From contig NC_042997.1 in assembly GCF_006345805.1 (NCBI RefSeq), forward strand, positions 138,570,001 to 138,634,000: DNA of 64,000 nucleotides. Reading direction: 5' to 3'. Both the position numbers and the translations under genes were made by a program. The notes under the pieces are model-generated. The model was not told the origin of the DNA. It did not search any database and worked only from the letters and a program-made list of their open reading frames with translations. Origin of the DNA: Octopus sinensis (lineage: Eukaryota). Positions within the stretch are counted from its first letter, which is position 1, and the number at the start of each line of letters is the position of its first letter. Shown here in pieces: positions 27,990 through 40,325 of this stretch.

Positions 27990-28777
27990 AATAAAAAGTA
28001 TAGTAGGGTCAGTTGGGCACCATCTGTGAGAAAAACAGCACCATGATGCAATTCACTCTGCCATGCTGTACTGCTTGGCATTCACGCTGGAAGCTCTAAT
28101 ATGAACATTTCAGAGTGTTTGGGTGTCAATCAGAGTACAGTGCAATCTGAGGATATGCACCGAGAGGGATAAAAATCAAACAACCAGTCAACATCATGGT
28201 GTTTGGAGAGATCACTAGTGATGGCAACATTATGCCTCCATTCAACTTCCCACTCGACCTCTGACTCAACATGTAGGCCTACATCAAGTGCCTGGAGGAG
28301 GTGGCGGTGCCTTGGGTCAAGAGGGTGGCTGCTGGAAGACCCTATGTCTGGCAACAGGACTCTGCACCATGCCACACAAGCAGCAGGACCCAGTCATGGC
28401 TGTCAGACAATTTTTGCGACCACATCACCCCTAACATCTGGCCACCTAACTACCCAGACTGCAAGCCCCTTGATTGTTATGTGTGGGGTGCAGTTGAGCG
28501 AGAGACCAACAAAATTCCTTGTAATACAGCAAAGATGAACTGAAGGCAAGGATTATGGTATCTTTCGCCAACAAGGAGACCAACCAGAAGAGTTGCAGGA
28601 GATTCTGAAGCTGTCTAAAAGCTGTGGTTGAAGCCAATGGTGATTTTATTGAATAAATTTACTTTAGTATTTCAAGATATTTCTTATATAATTTTGGTAA
28701 ATATATGTTTAAAATGAGATGTCAGTGTTATTTTCATTTTTGTGTAATTTAGACGACAGTTAATTTACCACACCCTG
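27990..28777 (+). mobile_element. internally deleted maT-type (DD37D) Tc1/mariner element
   Basis: WQQDSAPCH..WPPNYPDCKPLD has 37 residues between the second and third D; 3' end TTTACCACACCCTG-TA; no 5' TIR seen. Confidence 0.75.
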
Positions 28778-28817
<40 letters not shown>

Positions 28818-29066
28818 CACACACAATACATGTACAAATACACACACACACACATATGTGTACGTGTATGTATGTATATATACTCTCACACTTAGTGAGT
28901 GACACACATGGTACACATAAAACAAATCAAAATGGCAATCTGTGCTTTCAAAATGATGAATGGAAAGGGGTTGAAAAAGTGGTCCTGAAATAAAATTGGT
29001 AGCAGAATCTTTCTGCAAGATATTGACATAAAGTTTCAGCATTTTACGACAATCATGCAAGACATA

Positions 29067-29327
29067 TGCAGTTCTATATTTAAAAGATGAGGAATTATGT
29101 ACATTATTTACAATTGATGGATATTTGTCCTCACCTTGTTTGTTGTTAACATGTTTCGGCTGATCTACCCTCCAGCCTTAATCAGGTGTCTTGGCAAATT
29201 TTCAAACCTGGATTTTCATTCCTAAGGTATTTTTCGATGTTGTTATTATTATTATTATTCAGGTCACTGCCTGGAATCGAACTCAGAAACTTAGTGTTAG
29301 TAGCCTGCACTCTTAACCACTACGCCA
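29067..29327 (-). mobile_element. tRNA-headed SINE with hammerhead-like body (left copy)
   Basis: Reverse complement has A box TGGCGTAGTGG, B box GAGTTCGATTCC, (AAT)n and an HHR motif; about 90% identical to the right copy by hand alignment. Confidence 0.85.
29148..29190 (-). ncRNA. degenerate minimal type I hammerhead ribozyme motif
   Basis: GACAC-CUGAUUA-A-GGCUG(gaggguagau)CAGCC-GAAAC-AUGUU: perfect stem II, core G8 mutated. Confidence 0.5.
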
Positions 29328-29335
29328 CGGACATA

Positions 29336-29570
29336 TGGCGTAGTGGTGAAGAGCACGGGCTACTAACCCCAAGATTCTGAGTTCAATTCCAGGCAGTGAC
29401 CTGAATAATAATAATAAATAACAACATCGAAAAATATCTGAGGAATGAGAATCCAGGTTCAAAAATTCCCCAAGACACCTGATGAAGGCTGGAGGGTATA
29501 TCAGCTGAAATGTGTTAACAACAAACAAGATCAGGACAAATATCCATCAATTGTAAATAATGTAAATAAA
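29336..29570 (+). mobile_element. tRNA-headed SINE with hammerhead-like body (right copy)
   Basis: A box at 29336, B box GAGTTCAATTCC at 29379-29390, tail TGTAAATAATGTAAATAA. Confidence 0.85.
29474..29516 (+). ncRNA. degenerate minimal type I hammerhead ribozyme motif
   Basis: GACAC-CUGAUGA-A-GGCUG(gaggguauau)CAGCU-GAAA-UGUGUU: intact core, stem II and stem I complement GUGUU; cleavage triplet not intact. Confidence 0.55.
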
Positions 29571-30709
29571 GACATATGCAGTGTAAGTTTGTTCCAGAGA
29601 GTATGTCCAACCAACAAAAGAAAAAAAAAACACAAAAAAACCCCCATAATTCCCAGAGATAAGGGAATTCTAATGAGATGAAAACCAAAAATTTCAAATC
29701 GTTTCAATAGGCTAGCCAATTGAATTGGTTAGTGAAGAATCCTGTCTCAAATGAGAACAGCTTGAGATAGAATATGAAATCAGACACTCTCATGAAAAGG
29801 AGAGAATAGAAAAAGGAGTCAAGGCTGTTAGGACCACTGTAGATCCTATTCTAAAGCTTCCTTGCAGGTGGTAAACTTTCCAGAAAATGAAAGGGAGGCA
29901 TTAATATGTACTATCCATAAAGGAAAAAGCAGAGCAGATGCTAAAAATTGCAAAACTGTCCCTATATCAGCAAAGTCATGAAATGAATAGTCAAGAGGAA
30001 GCTAATCACATTTGTATAAGATAATGGCTTGCTTCCTGATACCCAGTATGGCTTCCACCCAGGAAGAAGCTGCCTTACACAGCTTCGGTATCATAATGGC
30101 TGGGTGTTGAAACAATTTATGAACCATGCAAATGTGGATATGATATATCTTGATTTTGCGAAGGTTTTAAATAACGCTGAGCATAGGATATGTCACAAGT
30201 CACAAGAACTTGGCATAGTTAGAAAACTGGGTGAGTGGTTGAATGGCTTCTGAAAAGACAGAAGCCAGGCTGTAGCCACTGATGGAGTCTTCTAAATAGA
30301 GATGTTAATAGTGAGTGGAGTGTCTCAAGGAACTGTCTTTGGGTCACAGCTGTGCATGATGGTTCTCTCAGACATGACCATCACTCTCACTAGCTATTCT
30401 GATGATACAAAAGTAGTACAAGCTGTCAAGAAACTGTCAATGTTTATCTTCTACAGATAGGTCTAAAAGACATATATAAATGGACTGTTGGAAATAGCAT
30501 GCAATTTAATGCAGGAAAGTTCCAAGACCTCCACAATGAGCCAGCTTGTACCAACACACTACAACAAAGATGTCTTGGACTAGAAGAAACAGCAATCCAA
30601 GGATAAAATTTCTGCGTGACCTGGGGATTGACATTTGCAATGATGCTTTGTTTCATGTATATAACACCAAAATGGTCACAGTATGCAGGAGAATGGCCAG
30701 ATGGATTCT

Positions 30710-31135
30710 TTCCCTCTGTTGGCCAGAAAAGGATTCTCTCTGCAAGTGACAGGAAGATTGTATGATGCATGTATACAGACAGTAATTCTACATGGTAGTG
30801 AGACATGGGCCCCGAATGCAGATGACATGTGGCGGTTAAAGAGGAATGAGGCTAGTATGCTCTGCTGGATAGGTCATGTAAGCATACATGTTTGACAGAG
30901 AGCTCATGTATTGAGAGAAAAGTTAGGCATAAGAGGAATTAGATGTTGTGTGCAAGAGAGAAGACAAAACTGGTTTGGTTGTCATGTGGATGGATGCTGA
31001 CAGCTCCATAAGGAAGTGCAAATCTCTCAAAGTAGAAGAAACACACGGAAGCAGGAGTCCTAGGAAGATATGGGAAGAAGTACTGAAGGATGACCTCAGG
31101 AGGCTGAACCTATCAGGTTAGATGACAATGGACTG
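30710..31135 (+). mobile_element. RTE LINE 3' end
   Basis: GRLYDACIQTVILHGSETWA..RLKRNEASMLCW; PRKIWEEVLKDDL. Confidence 0.85.
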
Positions 31136-31174
31136 ATATATATATATATGTATATATACATAAATATATATTCA

Positions 31175-31959
31175 TTTTTATTTTATTTTTCATTTTATCT
31201 AGTTTCAGCTCGCGAGCTGTGGCCATGCTGGGGCACCGCCATTTGGTGTTGCTACATGATTTTACTTCACGAATGCTTTTTAGCAATTGCCATTTGGTGC
31301 GTGAAAGAGTTCGATGCAGCTGCCCTCATATGCACCTCTGGCCGTGAAGTTGGTTCATCTGGGACACCTGACAAGAAGAGATCCAGTTTTATTTTAAAGA
31401 CATCTGCATCCACCCCATGCAGGTCTCTTAGGTTCTTCGGGAGGATATTGAAGAGCTTTGGGCCTCGTAAGCCCAGGCTATAACAGTATCTTGTCCTACA
31501 TCTTGATGGCAAATTTGGAGTTCTTGGCACTGTGCAGTGGCGCCCAGTTCTGGCATTTGTGTAACTCTTGATGCCAAAGTTTGAACAAGTCCTTCTAGGA
31601 TCTTCCAGATGTATATTATGGCATATCTTTCTCTCCTATGCTCTAAGGAATAGAGTCTCAATCTCTTGAGTCTTTCCCAATAGCTTATATGCTGCACAGA
31701 GGCTATCTTCTTTGTGTAGCTTCGTTGGATCGCCTTAAGTTCTGTGATTAACTTGACACTGGATGGTGACCATAGCTGAGAGCAATAGTCAAAGTGGCTT
31801 AGGACAAGTGTCCTCCAGAGAACCATCATGGTTTCCTGGTCTCTTGTTCTAAAGGTTCTAAGAATCCATCCGGTCAGCTGCCTACATTTCATTGCCAATT
31901 TAGCAACATGCACATGAAAGGTTGCATCATCACTCATGTAAATACCCAGGTCTCGCACT
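31175..31959 (-). mobile_element. young CR1-like LINE 3' portion (copy 1)
   Basis: [53 protein letters not shown]; tail GCCCCAGCATGGCCACAGCTC. Confidence 0.92.
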
Positions 31960-32289
31960 ATATATACATATATATATATACATACATAGATATATACATA
32001 TAGATATATATACATATAGATATACGTACATATAGATATATATATACATATATATATACATATATATACATACACACACATATATATATATAATATACAT
32101 AAAAATATATATATATATATATACATATAAATATATGTATATACATAATATATATATGTATACATATATATATGTACACATAGATATATATATATACACA
32201 CACACACACATATATATATATACACATATATACATACATATATACACATAGATACATGCATATATATATATATATATATATATATACTA

Positions 32290-33810
32290 TTAATATAGTA
32301 AGGAATAAAAAATTCCAGACTTGCAAGGAAAAATTCAAGTTAGCTCTTCTAAATCAAATTTCACAATATACAATCTATGTATATCATTAAGAGAGATAAC
32401 CTCTATTAAGTATTTCAAGTTAAAGATATTATCTATATTAAAACATATGGAAAAATTTTTAATATATTATAATAAATTTTATTCTAAAATCACTAAATTA
32501 AATAAACATTAAATATACTATGCGCTTTTTGTGATTATATCTCTAAATCGATATTAATAAAATTGATACCATTAAAATTTATTCGATTTAAAAATATAGC
32601 CACTCTTCAGGTCTAAAGTAATAAAATAAATGTATGTATCTTAACACATAATATTTAACAAATAAATATAGAAATATACGTATCATAACAATAAATAATT
32701 GTATAAAATGTAACAATATTAATGAAAAATAAAATCATAACTTATCTTATTGAAGAATACCAGTTAACTGAAATTTTAAATGTTAAACTCAGAACCTAGC
32801 TTTGCTAAGAAATTTATCACGTGAAAACATGACGTAAATAATAACTATAGAATAAATAAATAGACATACGTATTTTAGCTGTGCAAATATCAATATGTAT
32901 CTTAGCTGTGAAAATAACAAATAAACTAGATGTAATATACCATTTACTGGTAAAAATTGTAAATTCTCAATAATTTAAATCAAAAATTCATAAAATAAAC
33001 TAAATTTCAATAAATTAATCTGTATTCATCAATTTATTTATTTATTTTATAAACACCTTGGTTTAATCTTATTCTAATTTTGTACATACACTCCATAATA
33101 TATGGCCAATTTATACTTATTATACTACTACAATTAGAAACAAAAAGCAGGGTTTATATATATATATACACAAATTAGTTAAACTTATTATATAAGTAAT
33201 TTAACATATGTCTACATTTAATTTTTCTCTCCTCTTGAGAATTAATTAATTTTTTATTAGATAGTATTATTACCATAAATTCATTTGTATATAGTAAACA
33301 AAAATTATTACCTATTCAATAAGATTTAGCTTTACAAACTATCTCTAAATTTAAATTATACTTAATTCCTTTAGATTACAATTCCCATATATATTTGCTA
33401 AGGCCAGTAGAATTGTTTTATTCTTAAATAAATACATGTGTTGAGCCACCCTTAATTTAATTTCATTAGAAGTCGACCTAACGTAAATCACATTTAAATT
33501 ATAACTATTCCTATTAATATTATCATGAATCAAAGTCACTACACATTTATATACTACATCACCCAAATTGCATATATTTTTGAATTTACATTTTGTCTTA
33601 TCTCTGCATGGACAATTATTAAATTCTAGTCTTTCTTATTATTGGAATAATTATTCAATCTGTTAATGTAAAACTTATTCAGCTTAAATCTATTAAAAGA
33701 AAAAGTAATGTTACCAACATTATTAGTAGCAGAATAACCCCAAAATTATTACTAGAAAGAATGTTATATTTTGTATTACCGATAATGAATACCTCCATTT
33801 AAATATATAA
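32290..33810 (-). mobile_element. AT-rich decayed Penelope-like element (GIY-YIG endonuclease plus 3' region)
   Basis: NNCPCRDKTKC..VVYKCVV..IYVRSTSNEIKLRVAQH..LKE; frameshifted NLEIVCKAKSY..CLL..LINSQEE..KCRH; downstream remnant CTGAAGA-G..C-GAAT at ~32580-32610. Confidence 0.75.
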
Positions 33811-33897
33811 ATATATATATACATACATAAATATATTTACATACACAAATATATTTACATACATACATACATATATATATACATATATACATATATA

Positions 33898-34070
33898 ACT
33901 GCATAATTTGTGATCGTGGCTCTCTGCGTGGCTAAGGGCATGTCTGAGAGGGCCATTATGAACAGTAGTGGTCCCAGAACAGTGCCCTGCGGAACACCGC
34001 TCACTATTTGTGTGTTAATGGAGGTGGCCCCATTGGCTACTACCACCTGACTTCTATCCTTCAGAAAGGA
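33898..34070 (-). mobile_element. CR1-like LINE RT fragment between microsatellites
   Basis: [35 protein letters not shown]; nearly identical to 36130-36295. Confidence 0.92.
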
Positions 34071-34096
34071 TAGATATATACATATACATATATACA

Positions 34097-34127
<31 letters not shown>

Positions 34128-34684
34128 ATATATACACATACATATATATATACATACACATACATATATATATATACACATACATATATATATACGTACA
34201 CATACATATATATATACATACACATACATATATATATACATACACATACATATATACACATACATATATATATACATACACATACATATATATATACATA
34301 CACATACATATATATATATACATACACATACATATATATATACATATATATATATACATACACATACATATATATATACATACACATACATATATATATA
34401 CATACACATACATATACATACATATATATATACGTACACATACATATATATATATATACACATACATATATATATACATACACATACATATATATATATA
34501 TACACATACATATATATATACATATATATATACATACACATACATATATATATACATATATATATACATACACATACATATATATATATATACATATATA
34601 TATACATACACATACATATATAACATATATATATACATACACATACATATATATATATATACATATATATATACATACACATAC

Positions 34685-34715
<31 letters not shown>

Positions 34716-35129
34716 CATACACATACATATATATACATATATATATACATACACATACATATATATATATATACATATATATATACATACAGATATATAT
34801 ATACACACACATATATACACACATAAATACATACATACATCTATATACACATATACATATATATACATACACAAGAATATATACACCGCACATATATATT
34901 ATATATATTTACATGTATATATATATATACATATATATATATATTATATATATATATACACATACTATATATATATACACATATATTTACACACACACAA
35001 ACACACATATATATATATATATGCACACACACACACATATATATACATATATGTGTGTGTGTGTGCATATATATATACACACATACATTTATAAACATAC
35101 ATATATATATATTTACATGTATATATATA

Positions 35130-36522
35130 TTGATTGATTGATTGATTGATTGATTCTAATTTCAGCTTATGAGCTGTGGCCATGCTGGGGCACCGCCATT
35201 TGGTGTTGCTACTTGGTTTCACTTCATGGAGGCTTTCTAGCAACTGCTATTTGGTGCATGAGAGAGTTCGATGCAGCTGCCCTCATCTGCCCCTCCTGCC
35301 GTGAAGTTGGTTCATCTGGGACACCTGACAGGAAGAGATCCTGCTTCATTTTAAAGACATCTGTATCCACCCCATGCAGGTCTCTCAGGTTCTTCCAGAG
35401 GATATTGAAGAGCTGGGGCCTCGGAAGCCCAGGCTATCACAGAATCTTGTCCTACATCTTGATGGCAGGTTTGGAGTCCTAGGCACCACGCAGTGGCGCC
35501 CAGTTCTGGCATTTGAGTAACTTCGATGCCAAAGTTCAGGACACTTCCCTCCAGGATCTTCCAGATGTATATTATGGCATATATCCCTTTCCGCCTACGC
35601 TCCAGGGAATATAATTTTAATCTCTTGAGTCTTTCCCAGTAGCTTACATTCTGCATAGAGGCTATCTTCTTCGTGTAGCTTCGTTGGATCGCCTCAAGTT
35701 CTGTGATCAACTTGACACTGGATGGTGACCATAGCTGAGAGCAATAGTCAAAGTGGCTGAGGACAAGTGTCTTCCAGAGGACCATCATGGTTTCTTGTTC
35801 TCTTGTTCTAAAGGTTCTAAGAATCCATCCAGCCAGCCGTCTACATTTCATTGTCAGTTTAGCAACATGTACATGAAAGGTCGCGTCATCACTCATGTGA
35901 ATACCCAGGTCACGCACTGATTGTGCCTCTGGGATTGCAATCCCTCCGGTCCAGTGTATTCATTGGGTATTGCATTCAGTATTGCATGCTGATAGTATAA
36001 AGCTTGAAACTTTCCAGCATTGAACTGCATGCTATTCTTTTCAGCCCACTTGTATATTTCGCCAGCTCACATTGCAGGTGTTTAGTGTCCTCAGGGTTCT
36101 GTATTGCCTGTGAAACTTTTGTATCATCTGCATAACTTGTGATCGTGGCTCTCTGCGTGCTGAGGGCATGTCTGAGAGGGCCATTATGAACAGTAGTGGT
36201 CCCAGAACAGTGCCCTGCGGAACACCGCTCACTATTGGTGTGTTATATGGAGGTGGCCCCATTGGCTACTACCACTGACTTCTATCCTTCAGAAAGTTAT
36301 GAAGCCATTCTCCCAGTTTTCCAACTATGTTGAGATCATGCAGTTTGTGACATATCATTCCATGATCGACTTTATCAAAGGCCTTTGCAAAGTCGAGATA
36401 TATCACTTCCACATTTGAGTGGTTGAGCAGTCATAGTGTTGTAGGAGCTGAGTTAAACAGCTTCTCCCTGGTCGGAAACCATATTGGGTGTCGGGCAGCA
36501 AGTCATTCTCTTCAAGGAAGGT
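35130..36522 (-). mobile_element. young CR1-like LINE, 5'-truncated (copy 2), (ATCA)n tail
   Basis: [43 protein letters not shown] and the C-terminal domain; a few frameshifts. Confidence 0.93.
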
Positions 36523-36569
36523 GATATATATATATATATTTCACATATATGTATACATATATATATATT

Positions 36570-36611
<42 letters not shown>

Positions 36612-36660
36612 TATTACATGTATATATATATATATATATATAATACATATACATGTATAT

Positions 36661-36760
36661 NNNNNNNNNNNNNNNNNNNNNNNNNNNNNNNNNNNNNNNN
36701 NNNNNNNNNNNNNNNNNNNNNNNNNNNNNNNNNNNNNNNNNNNNNNNNNNNNNNNNNNNN
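36661..36760. other. assembly gap (100 N)
   Basis: Seen directly. Confidence 1.
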
Positions 36761-37949
36761 GTGTGCTAAACATACACACACTCTCTTTCTCTCTCACACA
36801 TAAATAAATCTATGTATATATAATCTATATAGCGAAGCATATATGTACGTATAATCTATGTAGCTATATAGATATATATGTACGTTCATATATATATATG
36901 AACGTACATAACTATAAAGATATATTCATCTTATGATAATAAACTCACACGTTTACGTCTATAATTTCTATGTTAAATACGTGTGTGTGTGTCTATCTGC
37001 CTGTATATTTATGTATATATGTGTCTATCTAACTATCTGTCTATTTCGATAGATAGGCAGACATAAATACACACACAGCTCACATTGTAAAGATACATAA
37101 ATATACACAAAGATACATTAGATATCATTCACACACGTTTTATGTCCATGATTTCGACGGTAAATGCATGCGTGTATGCATATTTAAGCATGATCGCGCG
37201 CACACACACACATATATATATATAGTAAGGTCGCAAAAAAAAAAATTCACTATAGAGGTATATAGAGAACATCAAAGACATGAAGGTATACACATAGATG
37301 GATAATTAAGAGAAAGTAGAGAAGTGGAATAGAATTAAAGAATTTAATGTAAGATTGGTGGCAAATAGGTGAGAAGAGATCGAAAGAAGGAGATAGTGAG
37401 GAAAGAAAAGAGAGAGAGAGAGAGATTAAGCGAAAGAGAGTAATCGAAAGAGAGAGACAGACTAAAAGAAAGGAAGATTAAGGGAAAGAGAGTAATCGAG
37501 AGAAAGAGGGAGAAATTGGGAGAGGATGATGTTAAGAGAGATGGAACGGGAGAATAAATAATGGTTGTGGGGTGGGTGGGGTGAGATTGTAAAAGATCGA
37601 AAGTCTGAGGAGAGAAAGAGTGCATTCGACAAATATTGACAGAAAGACGCCGGTTGAGGTGAGTCTAGAGATCGGGGGGAGACTGAGGAAAAACCGACTG
37701 GGGAGAGAATCAGAGGAGAGAATAGACTGATATACATAGAAACAGGAGAGACGGAGACATTGAAAACAAGGGGAGAAAAAAAAATAAATAAAAAGGCGAT
37801 AAGCATTGAAATATTTAAGTGAGAATAAATGCAACAGAATTTTAAATTTTGAAAAAAAATAATAAAAGGGAATGAGATCGGTAGAGAAACACCTAGAGAA
37901 GGTTGGTTACAGACTTATGCGAGACAAAAATAAGAAAGATTGAAAGTAT

Positions 37950-37981
<32 letters not shown>

Positions 37982-38089
37982 AAGAGGAGGGTGAGAGAGA
38001 GGAGAGAGAGAGAGAGAGGAGGCAGCATGGAGCGATGTCTACTACGACTATATATATATATAATATATATATGTATATATATATAGTAT

Positions 38090-38237
38090 GTATACATGTT
38101 TATATAGGGCGAGACACTTGGAAAAGGAAAGATAGCAGAAAAGATAGACTTATGGAGAGAATGAAACAAATCATAGGAGAGGGAAAAAAACGAGTGATAG
38201 AGAGACTAAGAACGAGAAAGTAAAAATAAAGGTAGTA

Positions 38238-38290
<53 letters not shown>

Positions 38291-38488
38291 ATACGTATAT
38301 ACATATACATACACATAATATATGTTTATATAGTGCCAGACCTTGGAAAAGAGAGATAGCAGAAAAGATAGACTTGTGGAGAGAATGAGACAAATCATAG
38401 AAGAGTAAAAAAAAACGAGAAAGACGAAGAACGAGAGAGTAAAAATAAAGGCAGTGTGTGTGTCTGTGTATGTATGTATGTATGTATG

Positions 38489-38520
<32 letters not shown>
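38090..38520. repeat. ~223-bp diverged tandem repeat, GA-rich unit plus TA run
   Basis: GATAGCAGAAAAGATAGACTT(A/G)TGGAGAGAATGA..CAAATCATAG repeated at offset ~223. Confidence 0.85.
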
Positions 38521-38530
<10 letters not shown>

Positions 38531-38699
38531 GTAACTATACACACACACATAATATATATGACAGGAAGTTGGAATCTTTTCAAACGGAAGAAAGTGTCGG
38601 AAGGGAAGAAGAAAAATATAAAAAAATAAAAAAATTAATCTTTAAAAAAAAAAAAAATTGGTCAAAATTTAAAAGAAACTCACCAAAAGGTCCGAAATA

Positions 38700-38990
38700 A
38701 ATGAGCATTTCTATTGCAGGGCGAAACACTCCCACTTAACAGGAACGTGGAAGGGAATCGCACATGTCCGTCTGGTGTTCATAAATACGGTTGACCAGAA
38801 ACGTTAAAAATGGGTGCGGGTTCTGGTGACGCTTGGTGGGGATTAAAATAACCCTGTCAAACAACCAAATACCTACAGGAACACAACACAACACCTCATA
38901 CAGACCAACTTTCAAGAAGAGCCGCCGCCGACATCGACCATGTTTCATAAGCGCAAGCGGCACAATTATCTATTGTTGAAGTTCACTCTC
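38700..38990. promoter_or_regulatory. candidate promoter or first-exon island
   Basis: Non-repetitive, CpG-retaining segment where GA-rich sequence flips to CT-rich sequence; no definitive motif. Confidence 0.2.
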
Positions 38991-39348
38991 TCTCTCTCTC
39001 TCTCTCTCTAGCTCTCACTATCTATCTCTCTTTCGTTCTCCCGTACATACACTACTCTCGTTCTCTCTCTTTCTTTCGGCCTTGCCGATGCCTCCTCTTC
39101 CTCCTGCTTGTATTCTCCTTACTTTTGCATTTGCAGTTCCTCCTCATTCACTACTCTTCTCTTTCTTCACCTCTTGTCTGTCTCTTTCTCTTTCCCATAG
39201 CTTTGTACGCTGCTAACTTCTATTCCCTCTTCCCCCTCCTACTTATTCACCTAGTCCTCTCCCGCTTCCTTATATCTATCTATTACCTTACTCTCTCTCT
39301 CTCTTTCTCTCTTTTATGTGTGGTTGTGTATGTGTGTGTGCATGTATC

Positions 39349-39379
<31 letters not shown>

Positions 39380-39611
39380 CAGTTGGAACTATCGCTGCAT
39401 CCTTTTTCCTCCAACTCTTGCATTTGTTCTTCCTTTTCTCCTTTCTTGCTTTCTCTTTACGTTTAACTTCTGTTCTATGGCTTTTAGTCTATTTAAACTG
39501 CGCTTTTCTCTCCCTCCTTCCTTCCCTCCATCTGTCTGTCTGTCAATTTCTCTCTTATCTTTCTCTTTGTTTTGATCACCTTTTCTTCGTTTACCTCGTT
39601 TTCTCTGTCTG

Positions 39612-39667
<56 letters not shown>

Positions 39668-40224
39668 ACATTATATCTTGGGCTGTGCTTCTATCTTTCC
39701 ATCTCGTCTAACTCTCTTGTACTTTCTCTCTTTTTACTCCAACTCTTGCAGTTGTTTTCTCTCTATCCACTCTTTCTGTTTCTCTCTCTTAAAAGAAAAG
39801 AAAAAAAAAATGATTTCCAACTATACTTATTTCAGCTCTCCACTTAACTTAGATCTCTATACTCTATTTTTTAACTCTAGCCTATTCTCTTCTCACTTTT
39901 CACGCAAATTCTCTCTTCAGACGCACACATACATATACCACATTCCCCCACCTCGATATCTAATATACAAACTCTCACACACTTATAAAATGTGAATTCT
40001 TTTTGTCTCTTCTACTTCTCTCTTGTCTTCTCATTTACACACTTTCTATGGACTCTCACTCATGCACACACTTCCATGCATGTGCTGCCCTTGCTGAAAT
40101 CGTTGTCTCTCGCTATATTAGTCTCTTTCTAGGTTGATATATCTTCCTCAGTTCTCTCTTTCATATTCTTTCCCACTTATTTACGCAAATGCACATCCAC
40201 TCACACTGTCTACCCTCTCTTTTC

Positions 40225-40325
<101 letters not shown>

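Larger units (their letters stand above)
28930..30700 (+). pseudogene. old CR1-like LINE ORF2 remnant, interrupted by the SINE palindrome
   Basis: LLPDTQYGFHPGRSCLTQL, VDMIYLDFAK, SGVSQGTV, SYSDDTK, DLGI; homologous to the younger copy at 35130-36522. Confidence 0.8.

Noticed and set aside
32290-33810. Possible NUMT or viral insert because of extreme AT content
   Set aside because: No mitochondrial gene, rRNA or tRNA recognisable; translation fits a PLE GIY-YIG domain
38940-39011. ATG in a GCCGCC-rich context (MFHKRKRHNYLLLKF...)
   Set aside because: Runs into (CT)n and stops after 23 codons
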